A stretch of DNA of 62,279 nucleotides from Acidimicrobiales bacterium (GCA_036399815.1 DASWMK010000043.1:1-62279), one strand, 5' to 3'; counted from the first letter of the stretch, positions 7,616 to 15,961 are shown. The notes: a model not told the origin generated them from the sequence alone. Program-made: numbers and translations.

Positions 7616-8453
7616 CACCGTCCGGTCGGGCGGGACGGCGCTGACGGTCGGCTCGACGGCGGTCGACCCGGGCCGGCCGAGCCTGCTGTTCGTCAACGCC
7701 GTCGGCATGGAGGCGCCCCTGCTCGACGGGGTGGCCGCGCACGTCGAGGACGCCGGCCTCAACTTCCTCACCTGGGAGCTGCGGGGCAGTCCCGGGCCGG
7801 CCGACACCGGCGGTCCCGGCGACTTCTCGGTCGAGGCCCACGCCGCCGACGGGGTCGCCGTGCTCGACGCCTTCGGCGTGGACGACGCGGTCGTCGCCGG
7901 CTGGTGCACCGGCGCCACGATCGGGCTGTTCCTGGCGGCCGAGCTCGGCCCCCGGGCGACGGCGTTCGCGTCGATCGACGGCGCCTTCCTCTTCGAGGGC
8001 GCGCCCGGCGGGTCGGTCGGGAACTCCGTCTACGCGATGTGCGCGGCGATCGACGCCGACGAGGCGCTCGCCCCCGAGTACCATCACCTGCTCACCCTGC
8101 GGGGCGGCGACACGACGATCCCCGGGCTCGACGCCGACCCGGCGCTGATCCGCCGGCTCACCGCGCCCTACCGGACGGGCGACGGCCTGCTGCGGTTCGC
8201 GCGCGCCACCCGGGGCGCCTGCGCCTACGACCCCGCCGCCGTGCTCGCCACGCTCGCCTGCCCCACCTGGTTCGCGGCGCGCGTCGACGACACGATGGTC
8301 TCCTACCGCAAGAGCGAGACGGCCGCGGGCCTGGCCAGGGACGCCCGCCTGGTCGTCTACCCGTCGGGCGGCCACTGGGCCCTGTTCACCGAGCGACAGG
8401 TGCTCGACGACCTCACCGCCTTCGCGACCTCGGTGGTGGGCGCCCGCCGGTGA
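7599..8453 (+). CDS. alpha/beta-hydrolase-fold protein with Cys nucleophile (SyrC/CmaE-like aminoacyl transferase candidate)
   Basis: 284 aa. The nucleophile elbow is VAGWCTGATIG (Cys codon 7905-7907), with a later Asp (RVDDTMV) and His (SGGHWALF). It overlaps the aminotransferase by 17 nt. Confidence 0.75.
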   Translation: MALAVDTVRSGGTALTVGSTAVDPGRPSLLFVNAVGMEAPLLDGVAAHVEDAGLNFLTWELRGSPGPADTGGPGDFSVEAHAADGVAVLDAFGVDDAVVAGWCTGATIGLFLAAELGPRATAFASIDGAFLFEGAPGGSVGNSVYAMCAAIDADEALAPEYHHLLTLRGGDTTIPGLDADPALIRRLTAPYRTGDGLLRFARATRGACAYDPAAVLATLACPTWFAARVDDTMVSYRKSETAAGLARDARLVVYPSGGHWALFTERQVLDDLTAFATSVVGARR

Positions 8454-9376
8454 GCGCGCTCGGCATCCTCAGGCCACCGGCCCGGGCCGCCGGGCACGTC
8501 TACCTGGGCAACGTGGCCGCCACCGCCATGCTCAGCGGGATCTTCGTGTTCGGCGCCCGCAGCGTCCGCACGTCGGCGCCCGTCGAGGTCGCCGCCCAGC
8601 GCTTCACCCTGGCGACGCTCGTGTTCGGCCTGCTCTTCGTCGCCCGGGTCATCCGCCCGGTGCGCATCCGGCGGGCGTCGACCGGCGTCTACCTGCTGAT
8701 CGCCTCGTCGGCGGGGGTGTTCCTCTACAACGTCCTGTTCTTCGCCGGGCTCGACCTGTCGCTGGCGTCGAGCGGCGGGTTGATCATCGCCACCATCCCG
8801 GTGTGGACGTCGCTGCTCGAGTCGGCCGTCCTCGGCACCCGCCTGACCCTCCGCAAGGTGGTCGGCTCGCTCGTGTCGTTCAGCGGCGTCGCCTACCTGT
8901 TCCTCGCCTCGCTCGACTCCTCGGCCGGCCTGCTCGACTCGGACAACCTCGTCGGCGACCTCCTCTTCCTCGCCGCCGCCGTGTGCTGGGCCGTCTACTC
9001 GATCGCCATGAAGAAGGTGGTCGCCGAGGTCGAGCCCCGGGTGGCGACGGCCTACTCGGTCGGGATCGGGTCGGTGCTGCTCGTCGTCTGGAGCTTCCTC
9101 AGCAACGGCCACTCGCCCCTCAATGGCGAGATGCTCCACATCCCGATCATCTACATGGCGACGTTCGGCACGGTGTTCGCGCTGATGCTGTGGTTCCACA
9201 GCATCCAGGAGATCGGGCCGACCCGGACGAGCGTGTTCCTGAACCTCGTACCCGTCTATACCGTCGTGCTGGCCGCGGTGTTCTTGGACGAGTCGCTCGG
9301 ATTGTCCGTGCTCGTGGCGCTGTGCATCATCATCGCCGGCGTCCTCGTCGTGCAGACCGACCCGGCCCGCGCCTGA
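8450..9376 (+). CDS. EamA/DMT-family transporter
   Basis: About 308 aa and about 10 hydrophobic helices in two repeats. The GTG at 8450 overlaps the upstream TGA (GTGA). The 5' part of track ORF 7904..9376 is out of frame with the real gene. Confidence 0.8.
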   Translation: MSALGILRPPARAAGHVYLGNVAATAMLSGIFVFGARSVRTSAPVEVAAQRFTLATLVFGLLFVARVIRPVRIRRASTGVYLLIASSAGVFLYNVLFFAGLDLSLASSGGLIIATIPVWTSLLESAVLGTRLTLRKVVGSLVSFSGVAYLFLASLDSSAGLLDSDNLVGDLLFLAAAVCWAVYSIAMKKVVAEVEPRVATAYSVGIGSVLLVVWSFLSNGHSPLNGEMLHIPIIYMATFGTVFALMLWFHSIQEIGPTRTSVFLNLVPVYTVVLAAVFLDESLGLSVLVALCIIIAGVLVVQTDPARA

Positions 9377-9429
9377 CGCACTATGACCGGCGAAGGGGCC
9401 GGTGTGAACGGCGAGGTAGGGTCGTGACA

Positions 9430-10866
9430 ATGACCAAGATCACCTGTCTGGACGACGTCGACGACTCGCCGGCCAGCGTGGCGACGACCCGGCGGTGCCG
9501 CGTCGTGGCCGGGTTCCTCGCCCGCACGGACGGGCGGGAGATCGTCGAGCCGGCCGAGGCCGACCTCGCCACCGTCGTCGCCGCCCTGGCCGACCGGGGC
9601 GTGCTGCACTTCCGGCCGACCGGGGAGCCGGGGGTGGTCGCCGTCGACCACGTGCCGTCCGAGGCGGTCGTCCGCACGGCCACGGACGGGCTGAAGGAGT
9701 GGCCGTCGTCGGTCGCCAACCGCATGGCCAAGTCGGCGCGGCGGTCGGCCGGCGCGCTGTTCACGTTCCCGGACGAGTTGGGCGACGACGCCATCGAGGT
9801 GTTCATCACGGACTGGAGCCCGTGCCCCGGCGCGTGCGCCGTCGCCGTCCACCACGGCCACCCGTACGTCCGCGGGCGGGTGCCGTGGGACGACCGGCCC
9901 TCCTGGTTCACCGGCCTCTACGTGCGCCACCCGCTCACCGGCGACCTGCTCCCCGTGTGGGTGGCGGACTGGGTGAAGCCGGACTTCGGCACCGGCGCCG
10001 TCCTCGTCAACCCGGCCCACGACGCGGTCGACCTCGAGTTCGGCCGGTCGGTGGGCATGCCCATCCGGTTCGCGCTGATGCCGACGGGCGCGTCGGACAG
10101 CCCGGAGTCCTGGCCGGCACCACCGGTCATCAAGCAGGGCACGGCGATCAAGACGGGCCGGTGGGACGGCATGAACGTCGCCGACGCCCGCACCGCCTAC
10201 CGGGAGACGCTCGGCGAGCGGGGCCTGGCCAAGGACCACACCGACGTCCGCCTCCCCGGCTACCGCATCGGCACGCTCACCATGGACGACGCCGGGCCCT
10301 GGCGGTGGACGCCCGAGGACGGCCGGCTGGCGCCCGCGGGCGACGGCGACGGCGGCGGGCGGCGGGCCCGGCTGGAGCCGGCGCCGGTGCTGGCCGCGGC
10401 GGCCGCCGTGGTCGGCGGGGCGGAGGTCGTGATGATGGGGGCGACGGCGGTGAAGTCGGCCGCTCCCCTGCTCGTCACCCTGCTGAAGGACGGCGGGGTC
10501 GAGCGCATGCCCGCCGTGCAGGTCACCCAGACGGCGGACTACGGCGGGTCGCGCGAGTACGACGACGCGCTGCGCCTCGCCTACCTCGTCGCCGGCGACC
10601 CGAACCAGCCGGCGACGGTCAAGGAGGCCCTGCTCGAGCAGACCGAGCGGTTCCTCGCGGGGCTCGGCGAGATGAAGGAGCGGCTGGCGGAGGTGGGCGA
10701 GGCGCCCCCCAAGGGCGTCGCCTCGGCGCTCGACCGGGGCGACCCGGTCGCCCTGTTCCGCGAGCTGTACCGGTGGCAGAAGGACACGCTCAAGTCGGGC
10801 AAGCCCGTCGAGGAGCGGTCGTACCGGGCAGCGGTCAGCGCGCTGCTCGGCGACACCGGCTTCTGA
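9430..10866 (+). CDS. degenerate, shortened leucyl-tRNA-synthetase paralogue retaining the CP1 editing region (pseudo-synthetase)
   Basis: 478 aa. VFITDWSPCPGACAVAVHHGHPYV, HPLTGDLLPVWVADWVKPDFGTGAVLVNPAHDAVDLEFGRSVGMPI, and YDDALRLAYLVAGDPNQPATVKEALLEQTERFL parallel E. coli LeuRS segments (TTRPDT...AAGHPL; HPLTGEEIPVW...GTGAVMAVPGHDQRD; GADTVRLFMMF...ANRFL). No HIGH or KMSKS is visible. Very high GC3. Confidence 0.65.
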   Translation: MTKITCLDDVDDSPASVATTRRCRVVAGFLARTDGREIVEPAEADLATVVAALADRGVLHFRPTGEPGVVAVDHVPSEAVVRTATDGLKEWPSSVANRMAKSARRSAGALFTFPDELGDDAIEVFITDWSPCPGACAVAVHHGHPYVRGRVPWDDRPSWFTGLYVRHPLTGDLLPVWVADWVKPDFGTGAVLVNPAHDAVDLEFGRSVGMPIRFALMPTGASDSPESWPAPPVIKQGTAIKTGRWDGMNVADARTAYRETLGERGLAKDHTDVRLPGYRIGTLTMDDAGPWRWTPEDGRLAPAGDGDGGGRRARLEPAPVLAAAAAVVGGAEVVMMGATAVKSAAPLLVTLLKDGGVERMPAVQVTQTADYGGSREYDDALRLAYLVAGDPNQPATVKEALLEQTERFLAGLGEMKERLAEVGEAPPKGVASALDRGDPVALFRELYRWQKDTLKSGKPVEERSYRAAVSALLGDTGF

Positions 10867-10939
10867 CAAGGAAATCCCTGGCGGCGGGGCGCCCTCCACC
10901 CGTGTGGGCGCCCGATCCACGGCGAGTAGGTTGGCGATC

Positions 10940-13267
10940 ATGGCGCGCAGGATCGAGGTCGAGCTCACGAGCGAGCGCGACGACAACACGTGGACCTGGC
11001 GCGCCGCCGGCGCCCGCCAGCCGAAGGGCGTCCTCGACGGCTCGATCCTGTACCCGGGGGCGAAGGTCGGCGACGTCGTGCGGGCCGAGGCGGAGTTCGA
11101 CGTCGACGGGATCACCGTCGTCTCCGTGGTGCCGCCCAAGGAGGACCGCAAGGGGCCCGAGCGGCTGGAGCTGATCTCCTCTGGCCGGGACTTCGAGCCG
11201 GTCACCACCACGTTGGCGCCCCGGGGCCGCGGCGACCGCGACCGGCGGCGCGAGCGGCGCGACGGCGACCGCGACGGCCGGCCCGGGCGTCCCGGCGACC
11301 GCGACGCCGACCGGCGGCCGCGGGGCGACCGGCCCCACCGCCCGGGCGGCGACCGCCCGGGGGGCGAGCGGGGCCCCGGCGGCGACCGGCGGGAGCGGGG
11401 GGATCGCGGTGATCGCGCCGACCGCGGCGACCGAGCCGACCGCGGGGCCAGGCCGGACCGGCCGGGACGGGGCGCGGGTGCGCCGGTCGGCGCCGGCGAG
11501 CGTGGTCCGGGTGAGCGGCGGGGCCGCCCGCCGGGTGGCGAGCGCCGCCCCCGGCCGGAGCGCCCGGCGCCCGAGCCGAAGCCCAAGCCCAAGCGCCTGC
11601 GGGCCGGCCGCACGCACCGCAACGCCGTGCTGGCCGACCTGCCGCCCGAGCAGCGGCCGGTCGCCGAGCAGCTGCTGAGCGGCGGCATCCCGGCGGTCCG
11701 CCAGGCCCTCGAGCGCCAGAACGAGCAGCTGCGGTCGGAGGGCAAGCCGGAGGTCAAGGCCGACGCGCTGCTGGCCATGGCCGAGGAGCTGCACCCGCGG
11801 CTTCGGTCGGCCGAGTGGCGGGACCGGGCCGAGGCGGCGCTCGCCGAGGTGGACGAGGTCGACCTGCGGGACCTGCGGTCGGTGGTCGTCGCCGCCGACG
11901 ACGCGGCCCGGGACGAGGAGAGCCGGGAGCTGGCCTCCCGCCTGCGGGACTCGCTCAACACGAGGGTGGACCGGGAGCACGCCGAGTGGCAGGCCGAGCT
12001 GGCCGCCACCCTGGCCGACGGCCGGATCGTGCGGGCGCTGCGCCTGAGCAGCCGGCCGCCCAAGGCCGGTGTGCCGCTCCCCCCCGAGGTCGTCGCCCAG
12101 CTCACCGAGCAGGCGAACGCGGCGCTGACCGCCGAGGTCAGCCAGGACCGGTGGGCGGCGGTGCTCGACGCCATCGCCTACTCACCGGTGCGGCGGACGG
12201 TCGAGCCCGCCGGCGTGCCGCCCGAGCCGGGCGCCGAGCTGCTCGCCGCCGTGCGGAAGATCGCCGACCGGGTGCCCCAGATCGCCAGCCGGTTCGGGAT
12301 CGAGGCGCCGGCCCGCCCGGCCCGTCCCACCCGCCCGGGCCGGCCGCCCCAGCGCCCCGCCGGCGGACCCGGCCAGCCCCGCCGCCGCCCGCCGGGCAGC
12401 AACGGCGACACCCCCCGCCCCGCTCCCCCGGCCCGGGCCAACGGCGAGTCCGCCGGCGGCCCGCCCAGGACCCCGGCGCCCACGTCCGGCCCCGGCGCTC
12501 CGCCCGAGACGACCGACGCACCCGCAGACGCGTCGACCGAGACCGCCGACGCACCCGCCGACGCCGCGCCCGCGACCGCAGACGCGCCGCCCGAGAAGAC
12601 CGACGCATCCGCAGACGCGTCGCCGGAGACCGCCGACGCGCCCCTCGAGACCGCGCCGGCTGCGGCGTCGGCGGCTCCGGCCGCCGAGTCCGCCGGGTCG
12701 CCGTCCCCGGGTTCGGGCGAGCCCGCCGACACGACGGCCGCCGGGTCGGAGGGTGCGACCCCGGAGACCGACGGCGCACCGAGCGGGGGTGAGGCTCACA
12801 CCGCCGACGCGCCGGACGCCGCCGATGCCCGATGGGTTCAGGGCGCCGACGCAGCGCTCGGCGACGCCGCCGAGCCCGGTCCTCGGGCGGGCGACGCGAT
12901 GGACACCGGGTCGGCTCCGACCGGCCCGACGCCGGCTGCGGAGACCGCCGAGGCACCCGCCGCGGAGCCGGATCCGGCGTCGGCCGAGTCCGCCGACGCC
13001 CCGGCCGCAGGGTCGGCACCGGGCGCCCATCCGTCGGACGCCAGCACGGCCGCGACCGCCGACGCGCCGGTCGCGGAGTCCGCACCGAAGGCGGACCGGA
13101 CCGGCGAGCCGGCGGCCGCGGGGGCGGCGACGGCGTCGGCCGGGTCCGGCGACGCGCCGGCCGACGGGGGCGATCCCGCCGGCGCTGCCGCGTCGTCCGA
13201 GAGCGCCGGTGAGGCGAGCCCGCGCGGCGAGCCGGCGGACGGCGGGGACGAGCGGGGCGAGGGGTAG
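10940..13267 (+). CDS. conserved actinobacterial protein with R/G/D-rich and A/P/T/D-rich low-complexity regions
   Basis: 775 aa from ATG 10940. A folded N-terminus (MARRIEVELTSERDDNTWTWRAAG...) is followed by an RGDR-rich tract, a helical central domain, and a long acidic Ala/Pro/Thr tail with (E/K)T(A/T)DA(P/S)ADA repeats. Confidence 0.6.
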   Translation: MARRIEVELTSERDDNTWTWRAAGARQPKGVLDGSILYPGAKVGDVVRAEAEFDVDGITVVSVVPPKEDRKGPERLELISSGRDFEPVTTTLAPRGRGDRDRRRERRDGDRDGRPGRPGDRDADRRPRGDRPHRPGGDRPGGERGPGGDRRERGDRGDRADRGDRADRGARPDRPGRGAGAPVGAGERGPGERRGRPPGGERRPRPERPAPEPKPKPKRLRAGRTHRNAVLADLPPEQRPVAEQLLSGGIPAVRQALERQNEQLRSEGKPEVKADALLAMAEELHPRLRSAEWRDRAEAALAEVDEVDLRDLRSVVVAADDAARDEESRELASRLRDSLNTRVDREHAEWQAELAATLADGRIVRALRLSSRPPKAGVPLPPEVVAQLTEQANAALTAEVSQDRWAAVLDAIAYSPVRRTVEPAGVPPEPGAELLAAVRKIADRVPQIASRFGIEAPARPARPTRPGRPPQRPAGGPGQPRRRPPGSNGDTPRPAPPARANGESAGGPPRTPAPTSGPGAPPETTDAPADASTETADAPADAAPATADAPPEKTDASADASPETADAPLETAPAAASAAPAAESAGSPSPGSGEPADTTAAGSEGATPETDGAPSGGEAHTADAPDAADARWVQGADAALGDAAEPGPRAGDAMDTGSAPTGPTPAAETAEAPAAEPDPASAESADAPAAGSAPGAHPSDASTAATADAPVAESAPKADRTGEPAAAGAATASAGSGDAPADGGDPAGAAASSESAGEASPRGEPADGGDERGEG

Positions 13268-13277
13268 CGGCCGTCCC

Positions 13278-14042
13278 GTGGCCGTCGAGTACGAGGTCAG
13301 GGGGCGGGTCGGGGTCATCCGGCTGAACCGGCCGGAGGCCCGCAACGCCGTGAACGGCGACGTCGCCCAGGGGGTCGAGGCCGCGCTCGACCGGCTCGAG
13401 GGCGACGACGACGTGTGGGTCGGCGTGCTCACCGGCGAGGGGCCGGTGTTCAGCGCCGGCGCCGACCTCAAGGCCATCGCCGCCGGGCAGGGCTCGTCGC
13501 TCGGCACCACCCGGGGCGGGTTCGCCGGGCTCGTCCGGCGGGAGCGGGCCAAGCCGCTGATCGCCGCCGTCGACGGGCCGGCCCTCGCCGGCGGGTGCGA
13601 GATCGCCATCGCCTGCGACCTGATCGTCGCCTCCACGGCGGCCCGCTTCGGGCTGCCCGAGGTGAAGCGGTCGCTCGTCGCCGCGGCCGGCGGCCTGTTC
13701 CGCCTCCCGCGCCTCCTGCCCCGGACCCTGGCCATGGAGATGGTCCTCACCGGCGACCCGATCTCCGCCGAGCGGGCCCACGCCGCCGGCCTCGTCAACC
13801 AGCTGTGCGAGCCGGGCACCGCCCTCGACAACGCACTCGCCCTCGCGGAGCGGATCTGCGCCAACGCCCCCCTCGCCGTCCGGGAGAGCCGCCGCGTGCT
13901 GCTCGCCGCCGTGGACCAGGACGAGGCGGTCGGCTGGCGCATGTCGGCCGAGGCGATGGTCGCCCTGTCGGCCACCGAGGACTACGCCGAGGGGCCGCTG
14001 GCCTTCATCGAGAAGCGGGCCCCGCAGTGGAAGGGCCGCTGA
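13278..14042 (+). CDS. enoyl-CoA hydratase/isomerase (crotonase family)
   Basis: 254 aa from GTG 13278. Contains RLNRPEARNAV, TGEGPVFSAGADLK, PLIAAVDGPALAGGCEIA and EGPLAFIEKR. Confidence 0.85.
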   Translation: MAVEYEVRGRVGVIRLNRPEARNAVNGDVAQGVEAALDRLEGDDDVWVGVLTGEGPVFSAGADLKAIAAGQGSSLGTTRGGFAGLVRRERAKPLIAAVDGPALAGGCEIAIACDLIVASTAARFGLPEVKRSLVAAAGGLFRLPRLLPRTLAMEMVLTGDPISAERAHAAGLVNQLCEPGTALDNALALAERICANAPLAVRESRRVLLAAVDQDEAVGWRMSAEAMVALSATEDYAEGPLAFIEKRAPQWKGR

Positions 14043-14045
14043 CCG

Positions 14046-14453
14046 CTACACGATCGTCGGGATGACGCCGTGCTCGTGGAGGAACTCGGCCAGGCCGTCC
14101 ACGAGCGGCTGCTCGGCCACCTCGTCGAGCGGCACCCAGGCGGCCTCGGCGGCGTCGTGGCCGGCCACCGGCGCTCCCGAGTCGAGCAGGGTGACGGCGA
14201 AATCGAGGATCACGAAGTGGTGGTCCTCGCCGATGCGCTCCACCCAGCCGACCAGCCGGTCGCACACCCCCTCCAGGCCGGTCTCCTCGGCCAGCTCTCG
14301 CACCACCGCCTCGGCCAGGGTCTCGCCCGCCTCGACCCGGCCGCCGGGGATCGACCACGACCCCGCGGCCGGCCCGTGGCCCCGGCGGATCAAGAGCAGC
14401 CGGCCGTCGTCGACGACCACCGCCCCGACGCACACCTCAGGTCTCGCCGTCAC
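14046..14453 (-). CDS. NUDIX hydrolase
   Basis: 135 aa. Nudix box [28 protein letters not shown] overlap with the upstream GNAT gene. Confidence 0.85.
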   Translation of the reverse strand: MTARPEVCVGAVVVDDGRLLLIRRGHGPAAGSWSIPGGRVEAGETLAEAVVRELAEETGLEGVCDRLVGWVERIGEDHHFVILDFAVTLLDSGAPVAGHDAAEAAWVPLDEVAEQPLVDGLAEFLHEHGVIPTIV

Positions 14454-14935
14454 CCGTCCTCCCCGGTCGTGCCCAGCGGGCGGTGGACGACGATCGCCCG
14501 TGCCACCAGCCCGAACCGTTCGAAGAAGTTCTTGGTCGCCCGCATGCCGGGCAGCGCCACGCTGTCGACGCCGACGCAGCCCCGCCCCTCGCACCAGGCG
14601 ATCAGCGCGTCCATCACCGCCTCGCCGAGGCCGATCCCCCTCGCCCCCGGCTCGACGTACAGGTCGGTGACCACGCCGAGGAGGTCGCCGTCCCGCAGGC
14701 GCTCCGCCCTCACGACGCCGTAGCCCATCACGGCGTCGCCGATGCAGCCGGCGACCACGTGGTGGTCGGGGTCGTCGAGGGCGGCGGCCAGCCCCGGCCC
14801 GACCGGCTCGGCCCGGGCCTCCCGCCGGCGCCACACGACCCCGCCCTTCTCGACGGCCAGCTCGGCGATCGCCTCGGCCGCCAGCTGGGCGACGCGGTCC
14901 AGGTCCTCGGCCCGAGCGGGCCGGGCGCTCTCCAC
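14450..14935 (-). CDS. GNAT-family N-acetyltransferase
   Basis: 161 aa. Contains [28 protein letters not shown] (acetyl-CoA binding motif A). Starts 1 nt after the upstream stop. Confidence 0.85.
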   Translation of the reverse strand: MESARPARAEDLDRVAQLAAEAIAELAVEKGGVVWRRREARAEPVGPGLAAALDDPDHHVVAGCIGDAVMGYGVVRAERLRDGDLLGVVTDLYVEPGARGIGLGEAVMDALIAWCEGRGCVGVDSVALPGMRATKNFFERFGLVARAIVVHRPLGTTGEDG

Positions 14936-14936
14936 G

Positions 14937-15473
14937 TCAGCGCTGGAGCTGGGCGATGCGGTTGAGGATCGTCTTGCGACCCCTGGTCTCCGCCTCGTAG
15001 GCCCCGACCGCCTCGAGCTCGTCGGGCGACAGGCCGGCCAGGCGGGGCACGACCTGGGACGCCGACAGGCTGTCGTAGTCCGGGATGGCGAGCTGGCCGA
15101 CGGCGGGCGCCGACCGGGTCACCACCGGCGGCTCGGCCGGGGGCGGCGGCTCGGCCGCCGGCGCGCCCTCGTCGGCCCGCCCCGCGGGCGCCGGGGCCGG
15201 CGCCGCCGCAGGGGCGGGGGCGGCGCCGTCGCGGCCGAGGAGGCCCTCGGCCTGCTCCCACACGGTCGCCAGCCGCTTCTCCGCCTCCACCCGGCCCTGC
15301 TGGACGGCGAACTGGCCGACGACCTTCGCCATCGTCACCTGCCCGGTGACCTGCTGGCGGCCCCGCTCGACCAGGCGGGGCAGCAGCGACCGGGCTTCGA
15401 GCGCGAGGCCGAGCGGCGCGTACACGAGGAGGTCGAGCGCCCAGTCCACCGGCGTCTTGCTGTCGTCGTTCAC
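14937..15473 (-). CDS. conserved actinobacterial protein (amphipathic N-terminus, Pro/Ala linker, Rho_N/SAP-like C-terminal motif)
   Basis: 178 aa from GTG 15473. The C-terminus is IPDYDSLSASQVVPRLAGLSPDELEAVGAYEAETRGRKTILNRI. The rest of track ORF 14937..16295 is out-of-frame read-through. Confidence 0.6.
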   Translation of the reverse strand: MNDDSKTPVDWALDLLVYAPLGLALEARSLLPRLVERGRQQVTGQVTMAKVVGQFAVQQGRVEAEKRLATVWEQAEGLLGRDGAAPAPAAAPAPAPAGRADEGAPAAEPPPPAEPPVVTRSAPAVGQLAIPDYDSLSASQVVPRLAGLSPDELEAVGAYEAETRGRKTILNRIAQLQR

Positions 15474-15517
15474 GGCCGACCATCCTGGCGCGGCCCGGGC
15501 CCGGTTCCCAACGTGGG

Positions 15518-15961
15518 CTACGGCGCGGTGTGGACGACGAGCACGTCGCAGGGCGCGTGGTGGGACACGGCGCCGGCGACGCTGCCGAGGAGGAAGCGGG
15601 TGGCCGGGGTGCCGAGCCCCTTCGAGCCGACGACGACGAGGTCGGCGTCGAACTCCTCGGCGGTGGCGACGATCACGTCGGCCGGGTCGCCGGGCTCGGC
15701 CCGCACGACCACGTCGGCGACCCCGAGCTCGGCGGCGAGCGCCCGGGCCCTCCTCGCCTCGGCCTCGGCCGTCGCCCGGTCGCCGACCATCCAACGGAGG
15801 TCCTCGGGGGCCACCTCGCCGTCGCCGTCGCCGTGCGGGTGGTAGGCGGTGACGGCGACCAGGCGGGCGCCGGCCCGGGCGGCCAGCTCGCCGGCGTGGC
15901 GGACGGCCTCCTCGGCCGTGGACGAGCCGTCGGTCCCGACGACGACCGTTCGGTAGGTCAC
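15518..15961 (-). CDS. universal stress protein (UspA family)
   Basis: 147 aa. Contains VVVGTDGSSTAEEAV and the nucleotide-binding VGSKGLGTPATRFLLGSVAGAVSHHAPCDVLVV. The GTG at 15961 overlaps the cyclase stop (GTGA). Confidence 0.85.
   Translation of the reverse strand: MTYRTVVVGTDGSSTAEEAVRHAGELAARAGARLVAVTAYHPHGDGDGEVAPEDLRWMVGDRATAEAEARRARALAAELGVADVVVRAEPGDPADVIVATAEEFDADLVVVGSKGLGTPATRFLLGSVAGAVSHHAPCDVLVVHTAP

Noticed and set aside
5033-7918. 961-aa minus-strand ORF, the longest in this region
   Set aside because: - It is antisense to four well-supported plus-strand genes: halogenase-type enzyme, carrier protein, aminotransferase and hydrolase.
- Its translation is Arg/Pro/Gly/Ala/Val low complexity with no motifs.
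- This is the usual open-antisense-frame artefact of very high GC DNA.
9430-10866. LeuRS-like ORF as a decaying leuS pseudogene
   Set aside because: - The reading frame is intact over 478 codons, with near-maximal GC3 and its own SD.
- The losses relative to LeuRS are clean deletions and substitutions, not frameshifts or stops.
- I therefore treat it as a selected paralogue. This cannot be proven without comparative data.
9256-12174. 972-aa minus-strand ORF, plus ORFs 8803..10866 and 9495..11174 on the plus strand
   Set aside because: - They are antisense or frame-shifted reads over the LeuRS-like gene and the low-complexity protein.
- Their Ser/Arg/Ala/Pro-rich translations carry no motifs.
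- Only 9430..10866 and 10940..13267 have protein-like sequence.
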